The notes: generated by a model from the sequence alone, not told the origin. A DNA stretch of 47,462 nucleotides from Patescibacteria group bacterium (GCA_030549895.1 JAUQQM010000004.1:1-47462); one strand, 5' to 3'. Shown: positions 1-10,516, counted from the stretch's first letter. Translations and numbers: made by a program.

Positions 1-1034
1 TGTGGTTTGTTGGTTTTTTAGAAGGAACTGCTGATGCTTTAGTCAATATTTTTAAAATTTTTTCAGGAAGGTTATCTGACTATTACAATAAAAGAAAAAT
101 TTTTGCTGTTTTAGGCTATACAATTTCCAATCTTACAAGATTTTTTCTTTATTTTGTAAATACTATTTGGCAAATATTTACCCTAAGAATTATTGATAGA
201 GTAGGGAAGGGATTAAGAGATGCACCTCGCGATGCCTTACTTTATCTTTCTTCAGACAAAGAAGAACTTAATAAATCATTTAATTTTCATAGAGCTTTTG
301 ATACTATTGGCGCTATTTTAGGCCCTCTTTTAGGTTTTTTTCTCTTAAATTATTTTTTGAACTTGAATTATAGAATTTTATTTTTACTTGGAGCCCTTGT
401 TGGTTTTTTAGCAATTTTAACTTTTATTTTTGTTGAAGATAAAAAAGAACCTCATAATAGAAACAAAAAATTTATCTTTGATTTTAAAATTTTTTCATCC
501 AAAATAAAGCTTTATCTTCTTTCATTTTTCATTTTTTCTTTAGGTTATTTTCCTTTAGCTTTAGTTCTTTTAAGGACTCAGGCAATTGATCCCTCGTTAA
601 AATTTTTCCCTTTGTTTTATTTTATTTTTAATTTATTTTTTGTAATTTTTGCTTTTATTTTAGGCAGAATTGCTGATAAATTTGGCGAGGCAAAAATTTT
701 AACTACTGGATTTATATTTGCAATTATTTCTTACTTTTTATTTTTACTTAACATTAATTTTTTTGTGATTTTAGGAATTATTGTTTTAGCATTTAGTTTA
801 GCTTCAATAGATGGAATAAAAATGGTTTATATAGGTAAAAATGTTTCTTCTGAATATTTAGCAACCTCCCAAGGCACTTTAAATGCTCTTTTTGGTATAG
901 GCCAACTTCTTGGTGGTTCATTTGCTGGTTATATTTGGACAAAATTTGGTTTTACTTATTCGTTTACAATCGGTATAATCTTAATGTTAATTTCTCTTTT
1001 AATCCTTCTAAAATCACTAAAAATCAATGCTTAA
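1..1034 (+). CDS. MFS transporter (5'-partial)
   Basis: Frame is open from nt 3 (WFVGFLEGTADALVNIFKIFSGRLSDYYNKRK...DRVGKGLRDAPRDAL...FHRAFDTIGAILGP) and continuous with the 357..1034 ORF; MFS motif A-like GRLSD and GRIADKFG; many TM helices. Confidence 0.9.
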   Translation, partial: WFVGFLEGTADALVNIFKIFSGRLSDYYNKRKIFAVLGYTISNLTRFFLYFVNTIWQIFTLRIIDRVGKGLRDAPRDALLYLSSDKEELNKSFNFHRAFDTIGAILGPLLGFFLLNYFLNLNYRILFLLGALVGFLAILTFIFVEDKKEPHNRNKKFIFDFKIFSSKIKLYLLSFFIFSLGYFPLALVLLRTQAIDPSLKFFPLFYFIFNLFFVIFAFILGRIADKFGEAKILTTGFIFAIISYFLFLLNINFFVILGIIVLAFSLASIDGIKMVYIGKNVSSEYLATSQGTLNALFGIGQLLGGSFAGYIWTKFGFTYSFTIGIILMLISLLILLKSLKINA

Positions 1035-2535
1035 GAAAATAATAATTTTTATAATAGCATCAGTAACTCTGTTAGTTTTATTATTTTTATCTCGCCCTTA
1101 TCTTGAAAAAATTTATTTTAAACCGCAAGAGAAAATAAAAGAGAAAATAGAGCAGGGAATTAGTGGTTTAGAAGATAAAGAAGTTTATGAAGTTGTTTTT
1201 GAAAATTTAGAGATACCTTGGAGTATTGTTTTTTTGAATGATAATGAGATTTTAGTTACCGAAAGAGTTGGAAAAGTTAAAATCTTAGATTTAAAAAATA
1301 AAAAGTTGCTTCAAGAATTTAAAATTGAAGAAGTAAAACATATTGGTGAAGGTGGTCTTTTGGGGGTAACCTTACATCCTAATTTTTCTCAAAATAATTT
1401 TGTCTATTTTTATTACACAACAGAAAAAGATGGAAATTTAATCAATAAAGTTGAAAGGTATATTTTAAAATTAACGCAAAACGGAAAATATGAACTTATA
1501 AAAGGAAAAACAATTGTTGATAATATACCAGCAGGAAATGTTCATAATGGTGGCCGAATAAAATTTGGTCCTGATGGCTATTTATATATCACTACTGGAG
1601 ATGCTGGTAATTCTCAAAACTCACAAGATATAAATTCTCTGGGAGGAAAAATTTTAAGAGTAAAAGATGATGGAAGCTTGCCAGAGGATAATCCCTTCAA
1701 GAATTTAACTTATGCTTACGGAATTAGAAATTCACAAGGTATTACTTGGGACAGTCAAGGAAATCTTTGGTCGATTGATCATGGAAGATCTGGAGTGAAA
1801 TCTGGTTTGGATGAAATTAATTTGATTGAAAAAGGTAAAAATTATGGCTGGCCTATTATTCAAGGAGATGAAACACAAGAGGGAATGGAAAAACCAATTA
1901 TTCATTCAGGCGAGGATATAACTTGGGCACCTGCTGATTTAATTTACTATAATGGTAATTTATTTTTTACTGGACTTCGTGGCCAAGGTTTGTATCAATA
2001 TAATATTAAAAATAAAAAGTTAACTCTTCATTTCTTTCAAAAATTTGGTAGATTAAGAGCAATAACTTTAGGTCCTGATGGTAATTTCTATATTTCAACT
2101 TCAAATAGAGATGGCAGAGGTTATCCTAAAGAAGGAGATGATAAAATAATCAAAGTTAATACAACAAAACTTTTTGAAAAAGAAATATCAAAAACAATAA
2201 TAATCGAATCTCCAAAAGCAAATGAAATCGTTGACTCTCCGCTTATTATTAAAGGTAAAGCAAAAGGTAATTGGTTTTTTGAAGCAACCTTTCCAGTTAC
2301 TTTAGTTGATTGGGATGGAAAAATTATTGCTGAAAGTTATGTTGAAGCAAAAGATAATTGGATGACAGAAGATTTTGTTCCTTTTGAAGGAAAATTAGAG
2401 TTTAAAAACCCATCCTTTCCAAATACTGACATTAACCATTTTTCTCATCGAGGAACATTAATTTTTAGAAATTCTAACCCATCAGGCCTTTTAGAAAATC
2501 AATATTATTTCGAACTACCAATCAGGTTTAAGTAA
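1027..2535 (+). CDS. PQQ-dependent sugar (glucose/sorbosone) dehydrogenase family beta-propeller fused to a C-terminal Gmad2-like Ig domain
   Basis: LEIPWSI, GEGGLLG, HNGGRIKFGPDGYLYITTGD, GIRNSQG, NYGWP; C-terminal SPLIIKGKAKGNWFFEATFPV...WMTEDFVPF...NPSG; N-terminal membrane anchor. Confidence 0.85.
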   Translation: MLKKIIIFIIASVTLLVLLFLSRPYLEKIYFKPQEKIKEKIEQGISGLEDKEVYEVVFENLEIPWSIVFLNDNEILVTERVGKVKILDLKNKKLLQEFKIEEVKHIGEGGLLGVTLHPNFSQNNFVYFYYTTEKDGNLINKVERYILKLTQNGKYELIKGKTIVDNIPAGNVHNGGRIKFGPDGYLYITTGDAGNSQNSQDINSLGGKILRVKDDGSLPEDNPFKNLTYAYGIRNSQGITWDSQGNLWSIDHGRSGVKSGLDEINLIEKGKNYGWPIIQGDETQEGMEKPIIHSGEDITWAPADLIYYNGNLFFTGLRGQGLYQYNIKNKKLTLHFFQKFGRLRAITLGPDGNFYISTSNRDGRGYPKEGDDKIIKVNTTKLFEKEISKTIIIESPKANEIVDSPLIIKGKAKGNWFFEATFPVTLVDWDGKIIAESYVEAKDNWMTEDFVPFEGKLEFKNPSFPNTDINHFSHRGTLIFRNSNPSGLLENQYYFELPIRFK

Positions 2536-2880
2536 TTTTATTTTAATTTATGATTAAATTAAAAGGAAAAATAGGTATAGGTTTTATATGCTCAACCTAT
2601 AATTCAACCCTTTCTACAAATCACACAATAATGCTAAAAAATTTAAATTAATTTTTTATTACGCAAAATAGAAGAGAATTTTGGAGATTAAAGTAAAAAG
2701 TATAAACGTCGGATTTAAGTTTTTTATGGTTTATATAAATAAAACATCTTTATGACTTTATCTTTGTGATTAACAGGTTTACCTTTCTTAACAGAAAAAA
2801 TTTTATAAATAAATTTATCAGCTAATTTTAAAACTTAGAACGATGTTGAAACATTATAAATTATGTTATAATAGTAGTTC

Positions 2881-3501
2881 ATGAGATTAGCTTATTTTAG
2901 AAAATCTAATTTTGATTTTGAAAAAACTTTATATAATTTAAAGGAAGAGTTAAATAAGGAAGGTTTAACTTTGATAGGAGAGTTTAATCTTGATGACTTT
3001 GGTAAAGTTTTAAATGTTTGTAATTCTGAGTGGATAACGAAAATTATTGAAAATGCTAAAGATTTTATTGGCTTACTACCTTGTTTAATTGTAATTTTTA
3101 AGAAAAATGATGATATTTTTGTTGGTATTGGAAATCCAAGTTTAATAGGGGAAATATCTGATAATTCTGAAATTATAGAATTAGCTCAGAAAGTTGATTT
3201 ATCTCTTAAAAAAATAGTAGATAATGCTTGTGGCGTTGGTCCTCTTAAAATTAAAAGTATTAAACTTTATGCAACCACTACTTGTCCTTATTGTAAAATG
3301 GAGGCTGCTTGGTTAGATGAAAATAAAATTAAGTACGAAATTGTTTATGTAGATATTAATCCAATAGCTGCGGAAGAAATGGTAAGAAAGACTGGCCAGA
3401 TGGGCGTACCAGTTACAGAAATTATTTTTGAAAATGGTGATGTCGAATATGTTATTGGGTTTGATAAATATACCCTTCAAAATTATCTTTTTAATAAATA
3501 A
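2881..3501 (+). CDS. DUF302-like domain fused to a glutaredoxin (NrdH/YruB-like) domain
   Basis: N-terminal LNVCN...GLLPC (DUF302-like); C-terminal YATTTCPYC...MVRKTGQMGVPV...IGFD. Confidence 0.75.
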   Translation: MRLAYFRKSNFDFEKTLYNLKEELNKEGLTLIGEFNLDDFGKVLNVCNSEWITKIIENAKDFIGLLPCLIVIFKKNDDIFVGIGNPSLIGEISDNSEIIELAQKVDLSLKKIVDNACGVGPLKIKSIKLYATTTCPYCKMEAAWLDENKIKYEIVYVDINPIAAEEMVRKTGQMGVPVTEIIFENGDVEYVIGFDKYTLQNYLFNK

Positions 3502-3604
3502 GATTAGTAAATAAAAAGTAAAAAGGAGGTGATAGTATGGTTATGTAGAAAATTTTTTTATATATTATTTTCTTTAAACTTTAAACTAAAAAAGGAGGTG
3601 AAAA

Positions 3605-3883
3605 ATGAAACTAACGGAAATAATTGAGTATATTGTTGATTTAGGGCTAAAAATAAAACAAATTTTAGGTGAAGGTAATCTATACGCTGTGGTTTGCTAT
3701 CAATCTGACGGCGTTCAGTTTTTATATATTATTTTTAAAGATAAACCGATAGTTGTAGATAGTGCAGAAGCAGATATTTATGTAACTGAAATTTTTCAAT
3801 TAAACAATGAAGTGAGTATAAAATACGCGTTGATAACCAAAGATGGCAAGAAAGTCGTAAAATACAAAAAAATAAAATTATAA
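3605..3883 (+). CDS. hypothetical protein (92 aa)
   Basis: Strong SD (AGGAGGTG) just upstream of ATG; followed by an intrinsic terminator. Confidence 0.65.
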   Translation: MKLTEIIEYIVDLGLKIKQILGEGNLYAVVCYQSDGVQFLYIIFKDKPIVVDSAEADIYVTEIFQLNNEVSIKYALITKDGKKVVKYKKIKL

Positions 3884-3890
3884 TGTTATC

Positions 3891-3920
3891 AGGGGGCAAC
3901 ATTTCGCCCCCTTTTATTTT
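3891..3920 (+). terminator. Rho-independent terminator
   Basis: AGGGGGC-aacatttc-GCCCCCT followed by TTTATTTT. Confidence 0.8.
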
Positions 3921-3983
3921 TGCTTTTTATAAAGAGTGTTTTATATTATAATTTAAATCATAATAGACTTTTAGTTTGTTAAC

Positions 3984-4967
3984 ATGATTGAATTGATATT
4001 TTGGGCAGTTATATTTATTATTTCCTTGCTTGTTTTATTAAAAGGAGCAGATTGGCTTGTTATAGGTGCAGAAAGAATTGGTTTAGCTATAGGTCTTTCA
4101 CCTTTTATTGTTGGAGTTGTTATTGTCGGTATAGGTACTTCATTTCCTGAACTATTTTCTTCTTTAGCTGCAGTTTTTAAAGGAGTTCCTGAAGTAGTCG
4201 CTGCTAATGTTATTGGTTCTAATATAGCTAATATTTTACTTATCGTAGGTATTTCTGCAATTTTTGGAAGAGGTTTAGTTGTTACAAAAAACTTAATTGA
4301 TTTAGATTTACCCCTTTTAGCAATTGGAACAGTTTTGTTTTTAGGTGTTGTTTGGGATAAACAAATAACTATTGGTGAATCAATTTTGATGCTTCTTACA
4401 TATTTTGTTTATTTTCTTTATACAATTTTGTATAAAGAAAAAGAAGAAGAGATAAGTGAAAATTCTGAAGTATTATTAAAAGGAGAAATAAATATAACTA
4501 AAGAAGTTAATGCCCATAAACTTAGATTTAAAGATTTCTTTATGGTAATTTTTGGAATTTTGGGTATTTTTTTAGGTGCAAAATATTTAATTGAGGCATT
4601 AGTTAACCTTTCGTTAATATTAAATGTTGCTACTGGACTAATAACTATTACAGCTGTTGCTGTTGGAACTTCTTTTCCAGAACTTTTGGTTTCAGTAAAA
4701 GCTGCTTATGATAAAAAACACGAAATTTCTTTGGGTAATATTTTTGGTTCAAATATTTTTAACGCTTTTGTAGTAACTGGTTTACCTGGAATATTTAGTA
4801 GACTACCTGTAGATGAAAAAACTTTTTATGTTGGAGTTCCAACGATGGCTATCGTTACTTTACTTTTTGTTATTTCTGGTATATCAAGAAAAATTCATAT
4901 CTGGGAAGGTGCTTTTTATGTTTCAGCTTATGTTTTATTTATAGCTAAACTTTTTAGTCTTTTTTAA
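3984..4967 (+). CDS. calcium/sodium (cation) antiporter, YrbG/CaCA family
   Basis: Two alpha repeats GTSFPEL...GSNIAN and GTSFPEL...GSNIFN; about 10 TM helices. Confidence 0.93.
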   Translation: MIELIFWAVIFIISLLVLLKGADWLVIGAERIGLAIGLSPFIVGVVIVGIGTSFPELFSSLAAVFKGVPEVVAANVIGSNIANILLIVGISAIFGRGLVVTKNLIDLDLPLLAIGTVLFLGVVWDKQITIGESILMLLTYFVYFLYTILYKEKEEEISENSEVLLKGEINITKEVNAHKLRFKDFFMVIFGILGIFLGAKYLIEALVNLSLILNVATGLITITAVAVGTSFPELLVSVKAAYDKKHEISLGNIFGSNIFNAFVVTGLPGIFSRLPVDEKTFYVGVPTMAIVTLLFVISGISRKIHIWEGAFYVSAYVLFIAKLFSLF

Positions 4968-5367
4968 GATTAAAATTTCAGATACTCTCAAAAAGGAATT
5001 TAGTATGCTGTTTTAATCTTTATTTAATCATATTTCAGGTCATTTTTTGTAACCTGATTACGAAAAACTGATCGTCTTTTTTGTTTTTCTATTGCTTTCA
5101 ATTACTTTAAATTATTTTCTTTTTAGAGTTAAAAATAGTAAATTAACAAATTAACCCCAAAATTCCTTTTTATCAAATTAAAAAAATCTCTAATTTGGCA
5201 TCTTTTATTTTGGTAAGTGTAATTACCTTTATCTCTCACTATCTGCCAATCCAAAACCTTCCCAACAAGTGATAAAATTAAATTAATGAGACAAGATTAC
5301 GAGCAAAAATTTTACAATCTTTTAACTAATATGTTTGTTGGTAATTTTAATGCGAAAATAAAAAATA

Positions 5368-6270
5368 ATGGCTTTATTTAAAATTCAAAAGGGTAAAAAA
5401 GTTAAGAAATTAGCTCCTAATAGAATAAATTTTGAAAAGGATCTTAATAAATTTTTCGAAAATAATCTGGAAGAATTACTTAATATAACCTTTCTAGCGT
5501 CTGAATATCCTACAAGTTTTGGCGGAAGAATTGATACCTTAGGAATTGACAAAAATGGTGCACCGGTTATCATAGAATATAAGAAAACCCAAAACGAGAA
5601 TATAATCAATCAAGGTTTATCTTATCTCCGTTGGTTATTAGACCATAAAGCAGATTTTGAAATTTTATGCAGAAGAAAATCAATTAACTTAAAAATTGAC
5701 TGGAATTCGCCTCGTGTTATCTGTGTTGCTGAAAGCTTTAATAAATTTGATTTAGATACAGTTGCAATTCTTCCTATAAAAATAGAACTTTTAAGATATA
5801 AATTTTACGAAGATAACATTTTACTTTTAGAACCAGAAACCTATCAAGAAATAAAAATTTCAAAAAGCTTTTTAAAATCTAAAAAAGAAAAGTTAAACTT
5901 GCCTAAACAATTTTCCATTAATGATCATTTAAAAAGAGCTAAAAAACCTATCCAAAAAATTTTTAATATTTTAAGAGAAAAAATTATATCTCTTGATAAA
6001 AATATCACTGAAGAACCAAAAGCAAAATATATTGCTTACAAACTTTCAACTAATTTTGCAGATGTTGTTATTTTAGTTAATAGTTTAAAAATATTTTTAA
6101 ATGTAAAAAGCGGGCAACTAAACGATCCTTACAATATTGCCCGAGATCTTACTAAACCAAAACCAATTGGTCATTGGGGTAACGGAGATTATGAAATTAG
6201 ATTAAACAAAGAAGAAGATATTAATAAAGTTTTTGAATTAATAAAGCAAAGTTATAATTTAAATAAATAA
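5368..6270 (+). CDS. NucS/DUF91-like PD-(D/E)xK endonuclease domain + DUF5655-like domain
   Basis: GGRIDTLGID...PVIIEYK...QGLSYL; C-terminal KYIAYK...GHWGNGDYE...IKQSY. Confidence 0.75.
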   Translation: MALFKIQKGKKVKKLAPNRINFEKDLNKFFENNLEELLNITFLASEYPTSFGGRIDTLGIDKNGAPVIIEYKKTQNENIINQGLSYLRWLLDHKADFEILCRRKSINLKIDWNSPRVICVAESFNKFDLDTVAILPIKIELLRYKFYEDNILLLEPETYQEIKISKSFLKSKKEKLNLPKQFSINDHLKRAKKPIQKIFNILREKIISLDKNITEEPKAKYIAYKLSTNFADVVILVNSLKIFLNVKSGQLNDPYNIARDLTKPKPIGHWGNGDYEIRLNKEEDINKVFELIKQSYNLNK

Positions 6271-6273
6271 ATT

Positions 6274-8301
6274 ATGCCAAAATTACCAGATCCATTTTTT
6301 AATAAACCAACAGAGAATCAAATTAAACTTACGAGATCAATTTTGGATTTAATTTTTAAAGATCCTCAAGCGAAATACGGCTTGAAAGAATTTAAAGATA
6401 TAAAATTGGAAGAAGTTTTAATTATTTTTGAGAAAGAAAAAGGAAAATTTTATCTAAATTGCTTAAAAAGAGAAAAAGAAATTTTAGTTTATGATAAAAA
6501 CAAAAATATTTCTCATCCAGAAGAAATCGTTCGCCAACTCTGGCTTTATAAACTTATTAAAGAGTATAAATATCCATTAGATCGAATAGAAGTAGAAAAA
6601 TCAGTTCATTTTGGAAGAGAAGTACATGCAAAAAAGGCAGACATTGTAATTTACAAAGAAGATAAAATCACCCCTTACATCATTTTTGAGGTGAAACAAC
6701 CTGAAGTAAAAAAAGCTGAAGAACAACTGAAATCTTATCTTTCAGCAGAAGGGGCAGAAGGTGGTGTTTGGTCAAATGGAAAAGAAAAATTTATTCTTTA
6801 CCGACCTTATCCAAAAGAATATGTTGCCACTTTATCTGATATTCCTCGAGCTGATCAAACTTGGGACGATCTTTTTGAGGAGAAAAAGACATATAATCAA
6901 TTAAAATCAGATTTTGATCTTCTTTATATTATTAAAAGGCTTGAAGAACTGGTTTTAGCTCAAGCTGGAGTGAATGTTTTTCAAGAAGTTTTTAAATTAA
7001 TTTATGCAAAACTTTATGATGAAGATCAAGCAAAAAATGTAAGAAAAGACAAAGAGGTTTTATTTAGAGCCTATAAAGATCCAAAGAAAACATATCAAAT
7101 TATAAATTATGAACTCTTTCAAAGGGCCATCGGCAAATGGTCGGATGTTTTTAATCCTCTTGAAAAAATTGAATTAACACCAGATCAGCTTCAAGTATGC
7201 GTACCTTTAATGGAAGATATAAAACTTTTTGAATCAGGAAGAGAAGAATTAGATATTATTGATAATGCTTTTGAATATTTAGTTACTGAAGTTTCGAAAG
7301 GAAAAAAAGGCCAATATTTCACCCCTAGAAATGTAATTAAAATGTGCGTTAAAATGTTAAATCCAAAAGAAAACGAATATGTTATTGACCCTGCTTGTGG
7401 TTCCGGAGGCTTTTTAATTCATACAATGTATTGGGTTTGGGACAACTATTTAAAAGATGCTTCAATCGATGCAAAAAGAGAATATGCCGGAAGATATTTA
7501 TTTGGAATAGATTTTGACGAAAATATGAGAAAAACTTCCCAGGCTTTAATGCTTATTGCAGGAGATGGCAAGCATCACATTTTCAAAAGAAACTCATTAG
7601 ACGCTAGAGATTGGGTAAGGGAAGAAGCAGAAGAAGCAAGAAGTGAAATTAAAAGAGCAAGACTTTTAGCAAGATTTGAAAATCCAGTAGAGGATGAAGA
7701 AAACAGAAAAACTTTTAGATATTTAAACTTTGATGTTTTAATAACCAATCCTCCATTTGCTGGCGAAATTACAGATTCAGGCCTTTTAAGACAATATGAG
7801 TTTGCCAAAAAAGATGGAAAATTAAAAAGAAAAATGGAAAGACATCTTTTATTTTTAGAAAGATGTTTAGATGCCATTAAACCAGGAGGGCGAATGGCAA
7901 TTGTTTTACCACAGGGTGTTTTGAATAACACAAATTTACAATGGGTAAGAGAGTGGTTATTGAAGAAGGCAAGAATTTTAGCAGTGGTTGGCCTTCATGT
8001 TAACACTTTTAAACCTCACACAGGTACAAAAACTTCGGTGTTATTTTTGCAAAAATGGAATGATGATCCAAAATCAGGGCCATTAAATCCATATCAAGAA
8101 GATTACCCAATTTTTATGGCAGTTTCTAAAAAAGCCGGTAAAGATAATTCAGGAGAATATGTTTACAAAAAAGACGAAAAAGGAAATTATATTTTAGATG
8201 AAAAAGGTCGACGCATTTTAGATCACGATTTAGACGAAATCGCCGAAGAATTTATTAAATTTGCGAAACAACAAGGATTTAGTTTTTGGGCTCATTCGTA
8301 A
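6274..8301 (+). CDS. fused restriction endonuclease (HsdR N-terminal-like)/N6-adenine DNA methyltransferase
   Basis: N-terminal PEEIVRQ...ADIVI...IIFEVK nuclease motif; GQYFTPR, DPACGSGGFL (SAM binding), TNPPF (catalytic). Confidence 0.9.
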   Translation: MPKLPDPFFNKPTENQIKLTRSILDLIFKDPQAKYGLKEFKDIKLEEVLIIFEKEKGKFYLNCLKREKEILVYDKNKNISHPEEIVRQLWLYKLIKEYKYPLDRIEVEKSVHFGREVHAKKADIVIYKEDKITPYIIFEVKQPEVKKAEEQLKSYLSAEGAEGGVWSNGKEKFILYRPYPKEYVATLSDIPRADQTWDDLFEEKKTYNQLKSDFDLLYIIKRLEELVLAQAGVNVFQEVFKLIYAKLYDEDQAKNVRKDKEVLFRAYKDPKKTYQIINYELFQRAIGKWSDVFNPLEKIELTPDQLQVCVPLMEDIKLFESGREELDIIDNAFEYLVTEVSKGKKGQYFTPRNVIKMCVKMLNPKENEYVIDPACGSGGFLIHTMYWVWDNYLKDASIDAKREYAGRYLFGIDFDENMRKTSQALMLIAGDGKHHIFKRNSLDARDWVREEAEEARSEIKRARLLARFENPVEDEENRKTFRYLNFDVLITNPPFAGEITDSGLLRQYEFAKKDGKLKRKMERHLLFLERCLDAIKPGGRMAIVLPQGVLNNTNLQWVREWLLKKARILAVVGLHVNTFKPHTGTKTSVLFLQKWNDDPKSGPLNPYQEDYPIFMAVSKKAGKDNSGEYVYKKDEKGNYILDEKGRRILDHDLDEIAEEFIKFAKQQGFSFWAHS

Positions 8302-9108
8302 ATGGTGAGCAATTTAAAAAAGAGAATTTTAGATGAATTTAAAAAAAGCGGTTTTCCAATAGAAATAGAAGCAGTTAGAATTTTAGAAAATATGGGATGG
8401 GAAGCCTCAAATCAGCTAGGTTATTTAGATGAAGATGAAAATAAATGGCGACGAGTAGACCTACGAGCCGTACGGGCAGAAAATATAGAGGAATCACAGG
8501 TTTATAAAAGATTAGTGCTACATCTTTATATTGAATGTAAACATTCAGATAATCCATGGGTATTTTATGTAAGAGAAAAAGAAAAAATGCCATTTCATCC
8601 ATTTGAAATACTTTCTATATTAAAAGAAGTAAGTTGCCCCCCTGTACTTCCTAAGAGTTTTTTAGATGAAAAACAATGGCAGATGATCTTTCACTTTTTA
8701 AAATTAAAAGACATTGGTATAATTTCTTTTGAACCGTTTACTCAAAAAGGAAAAGATAAGATTTTCGAAGCTTCAAGCCAAGTAGTTAAATCTTTAAAAT
8801 ATTCGTTAGAAAGGAATAAAACAAATTTATCTAATTTATCTACAGTAAAGCATTCAGTTTTTTGTTGGGCATATCCGATAATTTTAACTGATGCTAGAGT
8901 GTTCGCTTTTTATGGAAAGAATAGACCATTGGTAGAGGTTCAACACCTTCCCTATTTGTTTAATTATAAAGAAGAAGATTTTTTAATTGATATTGTGTAT
9001 TTAGATTATTTTAATAAATATTTACAACTTATAGGCGAAGAATTTGAAGCGTTAAAAAAGAATATTAATTTATTACAACCCCATCGTTTAAACAAGGATT
9101 ATTTATGA
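8302..9108 (+). CDS. uncharacterised putative PD-(D/E)xK nuclease-fold protein
   Basis: SGFPIE...RRVDLRA...LYIECK pattern (E...D...ExK); abuts the MTase stop and overlaps the S-subunit start. Confidence 0.55.
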   Translation: MVSNLKKRILDEFKKSGFPIEIEAVRILENMGWEASNQLGYLDEDENKWRRVDLRAVRAENIEESQVYKRLVLHLYIECKHSDNPWVFYVREKEKMPFHPFEILSILKEVSCPPVLPKSFLDEKQWQMIFHFLKLKDIGIISFEPFTQKGKDKIFEASSQVVKSLKYSLERNKTNLSNLSTVKHSVFCWAYPIILTDARVFAFYGKNRPLVEVQHLPYLFNYKEEDFLIDIVYLDYFNKYLQLIGEEFEALKKNINLLQPHRLNKDYL

Positions 9109-10442
9109 TTACTTACTCCATTATTAACAAAAATCACCTTGAAGGTGCTTTACGGCTGGATGCTGAATATTATCAGCCGGAGTATTTGGAGGTTGTAGAA
9201 AAATTAAAATCATACCAACCACTAAAAAAATTTGTTGAGAAAATTATTCATCCGCAAGAAATAAAAAGAGAATATAGTGAAAGCGGTTACTTATTTATAC
9301 TTTCTCAGAATCTACGAGAGAATTATTTAGATTTTTCTGAAATATTTTATATTTCGCCAAAAATTGCTGAACAGATTAATAAAAATTTATTGAAGGAGGG
9401 TGATGTAGTAACTGTTAGAACTGGAAATATAGGGTTATCTGCTCCAATTTCAAGATTTAAAGAAAAAATTTATGCTTCCGCTGATGTTATTGTTATTAAA
9501 AATCCAAAAATTTCACCTTTTTATATTTCTACATTTCTTAATTCCAAATTTGGCAGATTATATTTAAACCGGATAATTTATGGAGCATTACAACCCCATA
9601 TAACACCAAAACTTTTAGGAGAAATACCCCTTCCTGTTTTAGGCGATGAAAATATAAAAGAAATTCATAATATAGTAGAAACGGCTTTGGAACTGTTAAA
9701 ACAAAGCGAATCTCTTTACTCCCAAGCGGAAAATTTGCTTTTAGAAGAGCTGGGGTTGAAGGATTTTAAAGTTGAAGATGATTTATTTTATATTGTCAAT
9801 CTTTCTCAAATAAAATCTGCTCATCGCGCCGACGCCGAATATTTTCAGCCAAAGTACGAGAAGTTAATTAAGAGGATTAGAAAATTTTCTGAATCATTAT
9901 TAGAAGTGGTCGATAACATTCCTGCAAGGTTTAATCCATATCTTAGGCCTGAGGAAACTTTTAAATATGTAGAATTGGAACATATTAATACTTCGATTGG
10001 AATAATTGATGGGTATATAGAAATTTTAGGAAATGAAGCACCAAGTCGAGCAAAAAGGGTTTTGAAAGAAAAGGATGTAATATTCTCTAGCGTAGAAGGC
10101 TCGTTAAAAAAAGTCGCCCTGGTTAATAAAGAGCAAGAAGGTTATTTAGCTTCAACAGGTTTTTTTCAATTTCGATGTAAAAAAGTTTTGCCTGAGTATT
10201 TTTTAGTTTTAGCAAAAAGTATTGTTTTACAAATGCAGTTTGAGAAAGAAACAGCAGGAACTATTTTAACAGCAGTACCTAAAGAAGCACTTAAAAATAT
10301 TATTATTCCCATACTCCCCAAACATACCCAACAAAAAATTGCTGATTTAGTCCAAAAATCTCACGAAGCAAGAAAAAAAGCAAAAGAATTATTAGAAGAA
10401 GCAAAACGAAGAGTTGAAGAATTGATTGAAGAAAATAAATAA
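9105..10442 (+). CDS. restriction-modification specificity (S) subunit
   Basis: Two TRD halves, each starting with R(L/A)DAEY(Y/F)QP(E/K)Y; IPLP and IIIPILP...QQKIADLV helical spacers. Confidence 0.88.
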   Translation: MITYSIINKNHLEGALRLDAEYYQPEYLEVVEKLKSYQPLKKFVEKIIHPQEIKREYSESGYLFILSQNLRENYLDFSEIFYISPKIAEQINKNLLKEGDVVTVRTGNIGLSAPISRFKEKIYASADVIVIKNPKISPFYISTFLNSKFGRLYLNRIIYGALQPHITPKLLGEIPLPVLGDENIKEIHNIVETALELLKQSESLYSQAENLLLEELGLKDFKVEDDLFYIVNLSQIKSAHRADAEYFQPKYEKLIKRIRKFSESLLEVVDNIPARFNPYLRPEETFKYVELEHINTSIGIIDGYIEILGNEAPSRAKRVLKEKDVIFSSVEGSLKKVALVNKEQEGYLASTGFFQFRCKKVLPEYFLVLAKSIVLQMQFEKETAGTILTAVPKEALKNIIIPILPKHTQQKIADLVQKSHEARKKAKELLEEAKRRVEELIEENK

Positions 10443-10498
10443 TTCAACTTTTCGAAACTAAGCTATGCAAAATATTTTGCGATGTAGCCCACCTTCAA

Positions 10499-10516
10499 AA
10501 ATATGCTCACTAAAAC
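10499..10516 (+). repeat. 18-bp direct repeat copy 1 (AAATATGCTCACTAAAAC)
   Basis: Identical to 12412-12429 and 14000-14017. Confidence 0.9.
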
